Part shown: piece by piece, positions 11,334 through 21,561 of the stretch
How positions within the stretch are numbered: the first letter of the stretch is position 1
Layout: each line of letters opens with the position of its first letter
Origin: Zancudomyces culisetae HAW-14-8
Lineage: Eukaryota > Fungi > Kickxellomycota
Length of the DNA stretch: 64,000 nt
Reading direction: 5' to 3'
Assembly (NCBI GenBank): GCA_052426225.1
Contig: JBNJNM010000007.1
Coordinates: forward strand, 186,001 to 250,000
Notes under the pieces: generated by a model
The model's database searches: none
What the model was told of the DNA's origin: nothing
Seen by the model: only the letters and a program-made list of their open reading frames with translations
Program-made: the position numbers and the translations under genes

Positions 11334-13190
11334 ATGGCAGGAAACCATATACAAGAAAATGCAACAGCTACCACAGACACACACAACCTGAGGATCTCTA
11401 TTGACAACCACGATGTTGAAAGCGGGAACACTGCAGAACCAGAAAAGGCTGTAGTGTTGCACAACGAGAGTGGATTACTGAATGTGGTAAAATATCTGAA
11501 CCCCTTGTACTTTGTCAACTCATTTACGTATTTTATTTTCAGCTTTTTGGGGTTAGGCAGGCAGAAAAAGGCAAATCAGGATGGTGAAACCACAGAGAAT
11601 GGAAATGATACCTATTCAGGACCCTCAACAAGCACTCACAATTCTGAATTTCAAAAACAAACATTAGAGATAATCTCCCATGGACCCGACTCGAAAAATA
11701 CCTCAATAATTACAGATCCACCAAACTCTGCTCCACCCAAACCTCAAGTTACTGCAGAAGCGGGTCATTTAAGCGACACAGCTGATGGCACTTATGAACA
11801 TGTGGCAGAGAGCACCCAAGTCTTGGAAGATGTGCAAAAAACCATCGATAATGATAGTCAGCCTTCTGTAGATGTTGCTGTGCCACAGGTTGTTGAGAGT
11901 ATTGAGAAAGAAAGCACAATAGTTGAGAGTCAAGCTAATGATGCTGTAGATCATATTATAGACCCACAACTTGAGCGCCAAGACTCTCTATTAGAGGATG
12001 TCAAAACAAAGCCAAAGGATGCAGATTATGTTACAGACTTCAAAAATGATCAAGTTATGAAAATCATTGAGGATATTACCGGCGGAAAGTTGGAGAAAGC
12101 AGAAACCGACAGTGTTCCAGAAGAAACCCTAAAAACTGAAGTGTCATTGTCAATACTGAACGAAAATCAAGAGGATCTTGCACCACCTCAGTCAAGAAGC
12201 GAAGATGCCGTAACTTCAGAGGAGGATACCTGCGATACCAGCAACAAGGAAGATGTGGTAGATACAATTGAAGTTAACACAAGCCCTGAGGTTGAAGTTG
12301 TTACGAGTGTTGAGGCTGAAGTTGTTACAAGTTCTGAGGCTGCGGTTAGTGTAAATGCTGAAGCTGAGATTGTTACAAGCCCTGAAGCTGAGGCTGTTAC
12401 AAATCCTGAGGTTAAAGTTAGCATAACCCCTGAGGCTGAAGTTGTTACTAATCCCGAGGCTGAAGTTAGTGTAAACGCTGAAGCTGAGATTGTTACAAGT
12501 CCTGAGGTTGAAGTTAGCATAACCCCTGAGGCTGAGGTTGTTACAAGTTCTGAGGCTGCGGTTAGTGTAAATTCTGAAGCTGAGATTGTTACAAGTCCTG
12601 AGGTTGAGACTGTTACGAGTGCTGAGGCTGCAGTTGTTACTAATCCCGAGGCTGCGGTTAGTGTAAATGCTGAAGCTGAGATTGTTACAAGCCCTGAAGC
12701 TGAGGCTGTTACGAGTGCTGAGGCTGCAGTTGTTACAAGTTCTGAGGCTGCAGTTGTTACAAATCCTGAGGTTGAAGTTAGCATAACCCCTGAGGCTGAA
12801 GTTGTTACTAATCCCGAGGTTGCAGTTAGTGTAAACGCTGAAGCCGAAGTCGCTACGAGTGTTGAAGCTGCAGTTGTTACTAATCTCGAGGCTGAAGTTA
12901 GTGTAAACGCTGAAGCTGAGATTGTTACAAGTCCTGAGGTTGAAGTTAGCATAACCCCTGAGGCTGAGGTTGTTACAAGTTCTGAGGCTGCGGTTAGTGT
13001 AAATTCTGAAGCTGAGATTGTTACAAGTCATGAGGTTGAAGTTAGCGTAACCCCTGAGGCTGAGACTGTTACAAGTCCTGAAATCGGTCAAACTGAGGCT
13101 GCAGAGATAGTTGAGCAAAAGGCTCAAGCCCCATCAAACAAAAAGAAGTCTGCTGGAAAGAAAAAGTCGAAAAAGAAGAGAAATGTTTAA
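11334..13190 (+). CDS. Hypothetical acidic protein (618 aa) with an N-terminal hydrophobic segment, 34 octapeptide repeats and a Lys-rich C-terminal tail
   Basis: Long ATG-started ORF with non-repetitive coding-like flanks on both sides of the repeat. No family recognised. Confidence 0.8.
   Translation: MAGNHIQENATATTDTHNLRISIDNHDVESGNTAEPEKAVVLHNESGLLNVVKYLNPLYFVNSFTYFIFSFLGLGRQKKANQDGETTENGNDTYSGPSTSTHNSEFQKQTLEIISHGPDSKNTSIITDPPNSAPPKPQVTAEAGHLSDTADGTYEHVAESTQVLEDVQKTIDNDSQPSVDVAVPQVVESIEKESTIVESQANDAVDHIIDPQLERQDSLLEDVKTKPKDADYVTDFKNDQVMKIIEDITGGKLEKAETDSVPEETLKTEVSLSILNENQEDLAPPQSRSEDAVTSEEDTCDTSNKEDVVDTIEVNTSPEVEVVTSVEAEVVTSSEAAVSVNAEAEIVTSPEAEAVTNPEVKVSITPEAEVVTNPEAEVSVNAEAEIVTSPEVEVSITPEAEVVTSSEAAVSVNSEAEIVTSPEVETVTSAEAAVVTNPEAAVSVNAEAEIVTSPEAEAVTSAEAAVVTSSEAAVVTNPEVEVSITPEAEVVTNPEVAVSVNAEAEVATSVEAAVVTNLEAEVSVNAEAEIVTSPEVEVSITPEAEVVTSSEAAVSVNSEAEIVTSHEVEVSVTPEAETVTSPEIGQTEAAEIVEQKAQAPSNKKKSAGKKKSKKKRNV
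12273..13088 (+). repeat. Coding minisatellite: 34 units of 24 bp (VVTSPEAE-like) with higher-order duplication
   Basis: Counted 34 in-frame 8-aa units from VNTSPEVE to TVTSPEIG. Units 9-14 (from 12465) recur almost identically as units 27-32 (from 12897). Confidence 0.95.
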
Positions 13191-14407
13191 AATAACACAT
13201 AAATAATATGTATTTGGTGCGCGCTTAGCACCCGCAATTTGTAAATGCTTTTCTCATCGCTAATATTATTATCCTTGCTTTATCTCAGTCTTTAATCCTT
13301 TTTATTTTTAGTTAGCTTTAATAAACAAGTATGAATAAGGCTGGTGTTAGACAATTGTTAAAGTATAACTTTGACATTAGTATAGGATCAAATAACAGCT
13401 TCAATATCCATGTATTATTAGTACTGTTACTATTACTATTACCGTCACGACTGCCACTTATTGTACTTTTTTTCCATTTTGCAAGATTTAGTGGTAAAAG
13501 TACAGCTCAATTTCTGGTCATAAATTGGAACAAGAATATTCATTGTCGCCAAGTCTGAAAAATACATTCATAGCTGCCATAAACATCAATTTACCCTCTC
13601 CCTCTGACCGCCCCTTTCGCTTGCTTTTCTTGGGTTTATTTTATGTTTTCTTTGTACTAGTACTCTATAAAGCTGTAAAAATAAATGGAAAAAACTTTTT
13701 TCTTTATTCTTAAATGGTTCTTTATATTCTAGCGTGAACTAGGGGGATTAATCAAATAAAAACAAGCTGGTGTATTGTTTTTTTTTCGACACAACTGAAA
13801 TAATATAGCATGTGTAGGTATGTTATTTTATCGTTATCGCATTATTTTAGTCCAACCTAATATGTATGATGTTTGGAAAGATAGGACTATAGTTGCTCTC
13901 TTGCTGATCACAGAAGATAATTCCTGATAAATATACTCTACCCCCCCCCCCCCCCTTCCCCCTCTCTCTTTCTAATGAAACAAAGGGCTATTTTTTTCAA
14001 GTTCACAACTTTTCATCCCGAGACCCCGCCCATCCTTTTCTTGTATAAACTAGATGTCAAAGAAAGATGTTTTGTAATGCTCATACCCTATGTCCTTGAA
14101 ATAAATAAATAAATGGATGAATTAAATAGTGTATATATCACTCAAAACTGACCTCTGCCATACCTTTAACATATTTTCACATTTGCTATTTACTACATCT
14201 CTCAGATAAAACTCGTTAGACCAAACGAAAGATGAAACTCACAATACTGATTTCAAAAGCCTTTCTCATCTGCAAATATCTGGTTTATTATGCGCGTTTC
14301 TAGCTTGCTTTCAAGTAATATGGTATCCACATAATTATAAAAGATGAAAAAAGCCAAGAATGCTACATAATTTGTATTCCTAAGAAAAGGTCACAACTGA
14401 TTGTAGT

Positions 14408-14415
14408 TATAAAAG
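14408..14415 (+). promoter_or_regulatory. Candidate TATA box of the atypical homeodomain gene
   Basis: TATAAAAG about 120 bp upstream of ATG 14530. The background is AT-rich, so chance occurrence is possible. Confidence 0.35.
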
Positions 14416-14529
14416 GTAGAGTGTGATATTTAGGAAAGTTAAAAACTACTCAATACGACAAGCTAACTACCCCTTTAACTTTTAACTGAGGAATACTGCT
14501 AGCACTTCAATACAGCTGGTTTTGATTCA

Positions 14530-15459
14530 ATGGATGCGCTAACATTTGGACCAGAGGTCGAAAAAAAGCTCGCAAATGCAAGTAAACACCCCTTTCCTCC
14601 CGCCTTTAAATCTGCAAAAAACTTTTACAACTTTTTGGCAAGGCGAGTTACGCTGGAGGCGGTGGACAGAATACTAGTATTAAAGTTTGAAATAGCAAAG
14701 AGTAAGAAAATGTATAAAAAATTGATACAAAAAGAAAAGCGAGAGTTAAACCAGGCATTGGTATCGAGCTTGAGATTATGTGATTTGGGATTAGGTGATG
14801 ATAGTACCACAGCATCAACATCAGTATCAACAACCCCAAACAAGCCTTTTAATGAAATGGGATGTGTGTTTGAAGATTTCATAGATACAAATGGAAACGA
14901 CCTTCTAGCTGAAAGCGTGTTTGGAGTATCTGGAGGATATAAGAGTAAAGCGCAAATTAACGAGAAGCCAGAAGACGCTGACAAGGGTATAAACTCTGGG
15001 TTAGCGAATTTTAGTAATATGAACACATCCAGCACTAAAAATGAAGACACTTGGCCAACTCAAACGGCCTTCATGCTACAGCACACAGATGATGAGCTTG
15101 CCGATCTTTCAAAGTTTGAACTGGCACCTGGGTTTGATCTGCTGAAAATTTTAGATGGAACTACACAACTTGTCAAGCCACATCCGCTGGTAATACTCAA
15201 GCAAAATGCAATGCTCAGAGCAAAACGGATCATAATGATAAAAGACCAAGGGAAAAATGATGGAAAAAAAAGGTTGTGTGGAAGCCAAAGAAAGAACTTG
15301 GTTGTATTTTCTAAAAAAAATGGCTTTAGCCCAACAAGACAGCAAGCGCAACAGCTTGCTAAAACAAATAACCTCTCGCGCAAACAGGTTAGAAATTGGT
15401 TTACAAACCAGAGACGATACAATAAAATTAGACAGAACGCGAAAACACGCCTGTCTTGA
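14530..15459 (+). CDS. Atypical homeodomain transcription factor (C-terminal HD; HD1/MATalpha2-like layout), 309 aa
   Basis: C-terminal SPTRQQAQQLAKTNNLSRKQVRNWFTNQRR has homeodomain helix 2/3 with W48-F49-T50-N51-R53. Helix 1 and the loop are divergent, with no PYP and about one extra residue. Confidence 0.82.
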   Translation: MDALTFGPEVEKKLANASKHPFPPAFKSAKNFYNFLARRVTLEAVDRILVLKFEIAKSKKMYKKLIQKEKRELNQALVSSLRLCDLGLGDDSTTASTSVSTTPNKPFNEMGCVFEDFIDTNGNDLLAESVFGVSGGYKSKAQINEKPEDADKGINSGLANFSNMNTSSTKNEDTWPTQTAFMLQHTDDELADLSKFELAPGFDLLKILDGTTQLVKPHPLVILKQNAMLRAKRIIMIKDQGKNDGKKRLCGSQRKNLVVFSKKNGFSPTRQQAQQLAKTNNLSRKQVRNWFTNQRRYNKIRQNAKTRLS

Positions 15460-15859
15460 AATCCCTGTACTCCACATGCTTAGGTAACTTATTTGGTGTC
15501 TGCAGCACTTGGCAATGTAAATGAAAATAGATATTTTTTTTATTTTTTTTATCAGATATTACTTGTTGGTTTCTATTATATATATAAATATATAGAAAAA
15601 AGGATATTGCCATTACAGTCATAAATAGTACACATCAAAAAAACAAACGTTAAAAGCACTATAGTAATTAAAGTATCGCATACAACAGACACGATTTTTG
15701 GCTAGATGTAAGCCCTACAACCATCAAAAAAAAAGAAAAACTGTAGAAATGAAAACCCTAGAGTGAAAAGAAAAAATTCAAGATATGGCTCGTAAAATAA
15801 ACAAGGAAGAATACGTTGTAATGTAGTTAATATTTTTTCAGTGCTTATTCATTTTTTTT

Positions 15860-17986
15860 CTAATTCTCTAAACCATCCCCTACCAATCTTTCAAAAGATA
15901 CATTGTTGATGTTGTTTACAACGCCTAACCCCTTGCCAGAAATATAGTTTTTGTTGATATCAAAGTTTTGCCTTTCAATGGATACAGGTGAAACTCCAGA
16001 CATATCAATTCCAGATGTACCCAGTTCTCTATTAATACCACCATCAAATCCATTAGGTAGATTTATAAAAACATCTTTATGTTGAAACGTGGGGTCTGAT
16101 GGTGATATAATACTAAAAATATTGGAAGTAGAAGTTCCACCATATCCGTGCTCATTGTATATTGCATTGTTCCCCAGTGTTTGAGAAACATTTGAAAAAT
16201 TGATATTTGAAAGAACATTTGGTATAGCTTCATTACTACTTTCTCCCCCATATTTAACCCAATCATTTCCGCTTGAATATAAATTTCCCCCTTCAAAAGC
16301 AATGTCTTCTGCATGTCCACTGTTGATAACCTTATTTATATCGCTTCTTTTATTTATGTCCTGGAACCCGCCGGTTACATCCAATCTGTTTCCAAAATTT
16401 GAGGGGTTTGCGCCAAACATGTAGAGGTCTGTTTGGCTATGTGAACCTATGGTTGATCCAGTAAATTGATCCAATTTTGCAACTTCAGAAGTGGAGAAAG
16501 GATGAAGTGGAGTGGTGATTGCGTTTAAGACATTGTTTCCAATGGCATCTGAGTCGAAATTGGCTCTACCGGTTGGCTCAACTTTTCCTGAACTGTTGGA
16601 AAGTGTGTCTGAATCTTGGTTGAAACTAAAGTATTGGTTGTTCACAGCTTTAGCTTTGCACTCAAGCTCCGCGTTTTGAATGTTAGGTGTAAGTTCGTTT
16701 GCGTCTTCAGGTTTCTTTTGACGAGTTTGGTTCAATGACATTACACTTTCCAGCTGCTTTTTACGGTTCAGATATATTTCTTCGGCAGACTGGCCACCAA
16801 TGTTATTCTCACCGAAATCCCCAATAAAAAGTGCATTTCCAAACGTCTCTGACTTTGGTAACTGGTATGGATACTGCTGATTTTCTGCATACATATCAAG
16901 ACCGTTAATATGATTCAAAGAGGTGTAGCTAATAGGCGCAATGTTGTTGTCCATGTCAATGTTCATAACTCCCCCTTTATTGTGGTTTATTCCCAAATCT
17001 GCAGTTATGTGTTGGCTATATCCAAATACTTCACCGTTGTGTACAGATGGATTCTGTGTTGAGTCAAACTCATCATGTGCGGAAAAGTAGTTTCTCATCA
17101 ATTCAACCTGACTGCCTGCAGAAGTTGAATCATTAATTCCAACTCTAAGTGAATTTATCCCCATTTGCTCGACCGGATGAAGCGGATTTGACAAAAAGTC
17201 AACCTTTTCTGGCATTGCAAAAGTCCTGATATTTGTGTGAAAGTGATTTGGAGCCTCTAGTGTCTCAGGTATACACATCCCATCGTTTAAATGCAAAGTG
17301 TTCATGTGCTCACCATTCTCCACTTGCGAAGCTAGTCCAACATTACCCATCATCATCCCATCTACGTGCCTCGAACCACTATACTGATATGGGAATCTTG
17401 CGTTGAATCCCATAAAATTTCCCTGTGTATTGTAGGGAAATCCCGAGAATAAATCCGCTCCACCTTTCTCTCTTTTGATTTTTGCTCTTCTGTTTTGAAA
17501 CCAGATCTGGACTTTTCTAGAGGGCATGTTTAGCTCCTTACCAAGAGCTTTTCTCATTTCCGAATCGGGTTTCGACGTCTTTTCAAATATTTCAAGCAGC
17601 CTTCGTGTTTGGTCTGGCGTTAGTCTATATCTTTTACGGTTATCCTTCATGTCGTCATCATCGTCGTCGCACTCCAGCTCAGAATCTCTATCATGCTTGT
17701 TTCCGCCCGAATCATCCATCCCATTATCAATAATGTCGCTTTGGCCAAACCCGTTCATCAGCATCACATCATTGGTATTTTCAGCCATTCCTGACTGTTC
17801 GAAAAACAAACCATTTTCTTCAAGCCCCACACTGGCAGGGTTGGATGAGTTTATTGTTCCGAGTAACATCTGTGAAGCGCTTAGATTTTTCAAGTTTTCA
17901 ACATCAGCTTGATTGTGAGAGATATCTAAAAACCTTTGTGACTCTTGATTCCAAGATACCAAGTTTTTTGAAATAGATGAATTCAT
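15860..17986 (-). CDS. Canonical Q50 homeodomain transcription factor (HD2-type), 708 aa
   Basis: RKRYRLTPDQTRRLLEIFEKTSKPDSEMRKALGKELNMPSRKVQIWFQNRRAKIKR is a canonical homeodomain, followed by a long N/G/S-rich low-complexity tail. Confidence 0.93.
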   Translation of the reverse strand: MNSSISKNLVSWNQESQRFLDISHNQADVENLKNLSASQMLLGTINSSNPASVGLEENGLFFEQSGMAENTNDVMLMNGFGQSDIIDNGMDDSGGNKHDRDSELECDDDDDDMKDNRKRYRLTPDQTRRLLEIFEKTSKPDSEMRKALGKELNMPSRKVQIWFQNRRAKIKREKGGADLFSGFPYNTQGNFMGFNARFPYQYSGSRHVDGMMMGNVGLASQVENGEHMNTLHLNDGMCIPETLEAPNHFHTNIRTFAMPEKVDFLSNPLHPVEQMGINSLRVGINDSTSAGSQVELMRNYFSAHDEFDSTQNPSVHNGEVFGYSQHITADLGINHNKGGVMNIDMDNNIAPISYTSLNHINGLDMYAENQQYPYQLPKSETFGNALFIGDFGENNIGGQSAEEIYLNRKKQLESVMSLNQTRQKKPEDANELTPNIQNAELECKAKAVNNQYFSFNQDSDTLSNSSGKVEPTGRANFDSDAIGNNVLNAITTPLHPFSTSEVAKLDQFTGSTIGSHSQTDLYMFGANPSNFGNRLDVTGGFQDINKRSDINKVINSGHAEDIAFEGGNLYSSGNDWVKYGGESSNEAIPNVLSNINFSNVSQTLGNNAIYNEHGYGGTSTSNIFSIISPSDPTFQHKDVFINLPNGFDGGINRELGTSGIDMSGVSPVSIERQNFDINKNYISGKGLGVVNNINNVSFERLVGDGLEN

Positions 17987-20900
17987 ATGCTTTGATAACT
18001 GAATGAATGTTAAGTTTTAGTTATTGAAAGGCGTAAAGGTATACGTTCATTTGATCTTTTTGTAGATTTTTCTTTTTTCACAATTTGAATGTTAATAAAC
18101 AAAATATAATGTTAACCAGTAGTCGATATGTCCTCCTATATATTCTATTTAATAGATTATCTTTAACAGCTGATGGTTTGTTATTAACTTTTTATATATC
18201 AAACCATGAATTTTTTTTTGTACTTTTAGTAGAACTATTAAATTCGTGATATATAAAAATAAATAATGATTATTTCGTTTAGATTTTTCCGAAATGAAAA
18301 AGGGGGAAAAGGGTTGTTAATATCTAGTTGGCAGACGATATATAATTTTTAACCATACTACTCTCATTTACTCTTACTTACTCTGTTGTATTTTTTATTT
18401 TGAAGAAAATATTGCGGTAGAAAAAAAAAGTGAAGCTAAAACCTCACTTTATCCCTGCTTTTTTTTTTGTTCAAAACCTCTTTAGTGGGCGGTTTTTACT
18501 GAAAGAAAAAAATGTATATATGTGGAAAAAACCCAACCTCTGTTTCCTTGGTCTCTACTTTCTTTTTTCTGTTTTATGGGTAAAGAGTCTGACCTATTCG
18601 TGCCCACACTTTTATATTAATTTTGAGAGCCAATATTTGATGTTTAAACTTGTGTTTAACATTTCTAGACCCTACACAGCTTTTCCAATTCACTCTGTTT
18701 TTATACTCGGGTTCAGGTTGAACTAGTACAAACTTAAACCCAATGATATTCCTGTTCGGAATATTATTCCTAGTGACACTGGCAGGTTCCACCATTTGTT
18801 CCTTTCCCAGAACGTATTTGCACGTTTTGCTGACACTTTTTCCATCTGCGGCATTTCCTTTTATGATTCACATTTCCTCCTACTGATTTCCGGTTTAGAA
18901 ACGATGAAAAGATTCAAATAGGAATAGTCAAATAAGCACCAACAAAGGTGAGTAGCAAAAGGAAAAGGAAAGGGTGTGCGGCCAGATGAATATAAAACAT
19001 AACTTTTTGCAAAATTCACACGCTTATTCGCATTTGAGTGCGGGACAGTACCCACACGAAAAAAGAAAACAAATCAGGAACTCGGATGCAAACCCAACAA
19101 TGCGTATTTCTGTGTAGTTTTGTGTGTTAGCTGTGGCCCCTTTCCCTTGAATATTTAATATTTCCTGATTCAACGTCCAGCTAGGGCTAATGATGTTTTT
19201 CGCTTTTAAATTTTGTTAAAAAAAGCTAAACAGCAATTGAATTAACATCGAATGAGCTAACAGACAGTGTTTTATTGATGTAATAGGTGTTCACTCTCCC
19301 GCAATATAGTTTCTCTGGCCCCATTTTGAGAAGAGACAGAACTATCTGTTGTATAGGTTGTGTCATTAAGTTTGTTCCCTTTTTTTTTATTTTTGGTTTC
19401 AAAAAGTAAATTAAGGTCTAGGAAGATTACACCCACTAACCTGTTATAATTTGCATATTAAACCAAGTAACTCGATGTTCGAAAAAAAAAGTGAAATACT
19501 TGTGGTCCACTGACTTTCAACAAGATGCCCAATAGCACCTACTGGAGTGCTTTTGGCTCAAACCTTTTGGAAATATGGGAAAGCTGAAGGACACCAATAA
19601 GATGGAGATGCACAAACCGGAGCCTGAATTCCTGTGAGTATGAATTGGTGGATTTTCAAGAGTATATTGATGTGGGACACCCCACATTCTCCCTTATTTG
19701 CTAATATTTCACTTTCTTAATTAAAAGATTTTAAAACCTGGCTGGGGGGCAAGATATTTTATTTTCAAAGTGTTTGTACAACCAACTATGATGGAATGCT
19801 GGTTCATTAATACAAAAGTAGTAGGTAGACTATCTCATCTAGGATGTTGTATGATAAATTAGTAGATATTGGAAGGTTTCCAATTGAAATTCTAGTGGTA
19901 AGATGTTCTGTCCAATGAAAACCGCGGAATTTTCTTTTCAAGTTGAGTCTAATATTTCCGCTTCTTTTTTTGTTGAAAATGGCACAAATGGGAAGAAGGA
20001 TAAAGCAGGAAAAAAAAAATGTGCCAGACGCTTTTTTTAGGTTTGGTTCTCTTTCCTTTCAGGGAAAACAGGCAGAAAGTTTAAGCCTACATACGGCTAC
20101 GATGATGTTAGGCCCGACATCCTGTTTGCTTTTGTTTGCTTTTAACTTGACTCTTCTTGCTACGTTCTGTGTGTACGCACTCTGTATTTGAAAATTTAGA
20201 GAGCATGTGAAAAAAGGGTTAACACTAACACAATGAAGAAAAGCAAGAGTATGCACAGAATCCATTTACAAAGAATAAGTGGGTGGGGGGGGTATCGATA
20301 TGAGCTAAAGAGTATCTATGGATCAAGCTTGAATAAAAAAAAATATCCAGCTGTATTTTTGAGTGCTTACTTTGAAATTGTTGACTAAATACCCACATTT
20401 AAGAAGACTATTAGAGGGAGATGTGCATGCATTTAAATCTAAGCCTAGATATACACAAGTATATTTAGGTATGCTCATTTTGATTGTATTTCTCCTCATT
20501 TACTCTTGTTCCTCTTGTTCATTACCTATACCCTCATACTTTGCCACTTACGCTTATTTAAAACAAATATTCAGGATAAATAATATAGTTTTGGGTTAAA
20601 AGGATAACTTGGTCATGAAATTTCAAATAGTTTTAGGCCAGCTAAATAGTATTTACACATCAATAATAGGGGGTGTATCCTGCCCCTCACCCCCCCCCCC
20701 CCCCACTCTCAACTAGCATAAAAAAGTGCTTTAAGAATTCGTCGTTATCGTTATTACAAAGGTAGCAAAGTCAACTAAAGGTATATTGGAGTATTTGTAT
20801 ATTGAACTTCAAGCTGGTTTTTTTTCTCCTTTTGAATAAATACAGGTCAAGATGGAGTATATTGTCATAAGACCAAATAATTAGTTTAGCAACTTTTCTC

Positions 20901-21255
20901 GTTCATTGCAATATATAAAAGCTTTTTCGAACCGAGTAAGAAAAAAATATTACGAGATTAGACGAGCTAAAGCCTGCGTAGTATAAACATACTTTTCCAA
21001 GAAGAGCAAGCAATTAGAAAGAAGTGGGGGGAGGAGGGGGTTTGTCACATATTTCTACCAACCCAATTTGTCATTATTAAACCTTTCAAGTGATGTTCCC
21101 AATTTGCTTATTTTTTCCATTTTTTGAGCGGAAAAAAGTGAAGAGATACATTAATGCATGCTTTGATACCAAATGTAAATATATCCATATATGCATGTAT
21201 ACATAAATATTAAGCACAGCCATATCATGTGAAAAAGACAGGGGGTGCGATATTA

Positions 21256-21335
21256 ACCGAGCTATGATACCGGAAAGTGCGTATCGAGCTTTGTTTTTTT
21301 GCTCTTATGATACATCAGCAGTATCGATGCTCGGT
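21256..21335. other. 80-nt four-helix cloverleaf (candidate structured RNA or cis element; not a canonical tRNA)
   Basis: ACCGAGC/GCTCGGT 7-bp closing stem enclosing TGATAC-10nt-GTATCG, (G)AGC-U-rich loop-GCT(C) and TGATAC-7nt-GTATCG hairpins. Confidence 0.4.
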
Positions 21336-21561
21336 GCGCTAGCTTCTCTTTGATTTTTCTTATTCTCAAAGCGTCAATTAATACTTCTTGTATTTTGAAA
21401 AGAGTAGGTTGTGTCATTTTCAAGATTTTTACCACCAAAATCGATTAATCTGATGTTTGATTCCAAAAAATTTTTTATTACAATTTGCAAATAAAAGTAT
21501 ATTTGAAGTTTTTCGTGAGAAAAAAAAGATATACCAGGTAGTTCAGAGTAGAGACTTCAAC

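Noticed and set aside
12273-13088. CRISPR-like or ice-nucleation-protein-like array
   Set aside because: These are contiguous in-frame tandem units with no unique spacers. They share only the 8-aa period with ice nucleation proteins and lack the AGYGST motif.
12188-13127. Two long antisense ORFs (254 and 303 aa) over the octapeptide repeat
   Set aside because: They are confined to the 24-bp repeat, whose units lack stops in those frames. They are shadows of the + strand gene.
21256-21335. Canonical tRNA, tRNA-Sec, SECIS, TPP riboswitch or hammerhead reading of the cloverleaf
   Set aside because: No TTCRA T-loop, D-loop GG or 7-nt anticodon loop. The AUGA-AA-GA spacing is too short for SECIS and the element is not in a 3' UTR. 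There is no CUGAGA (TPP) or CUGANGA/GAAA core.
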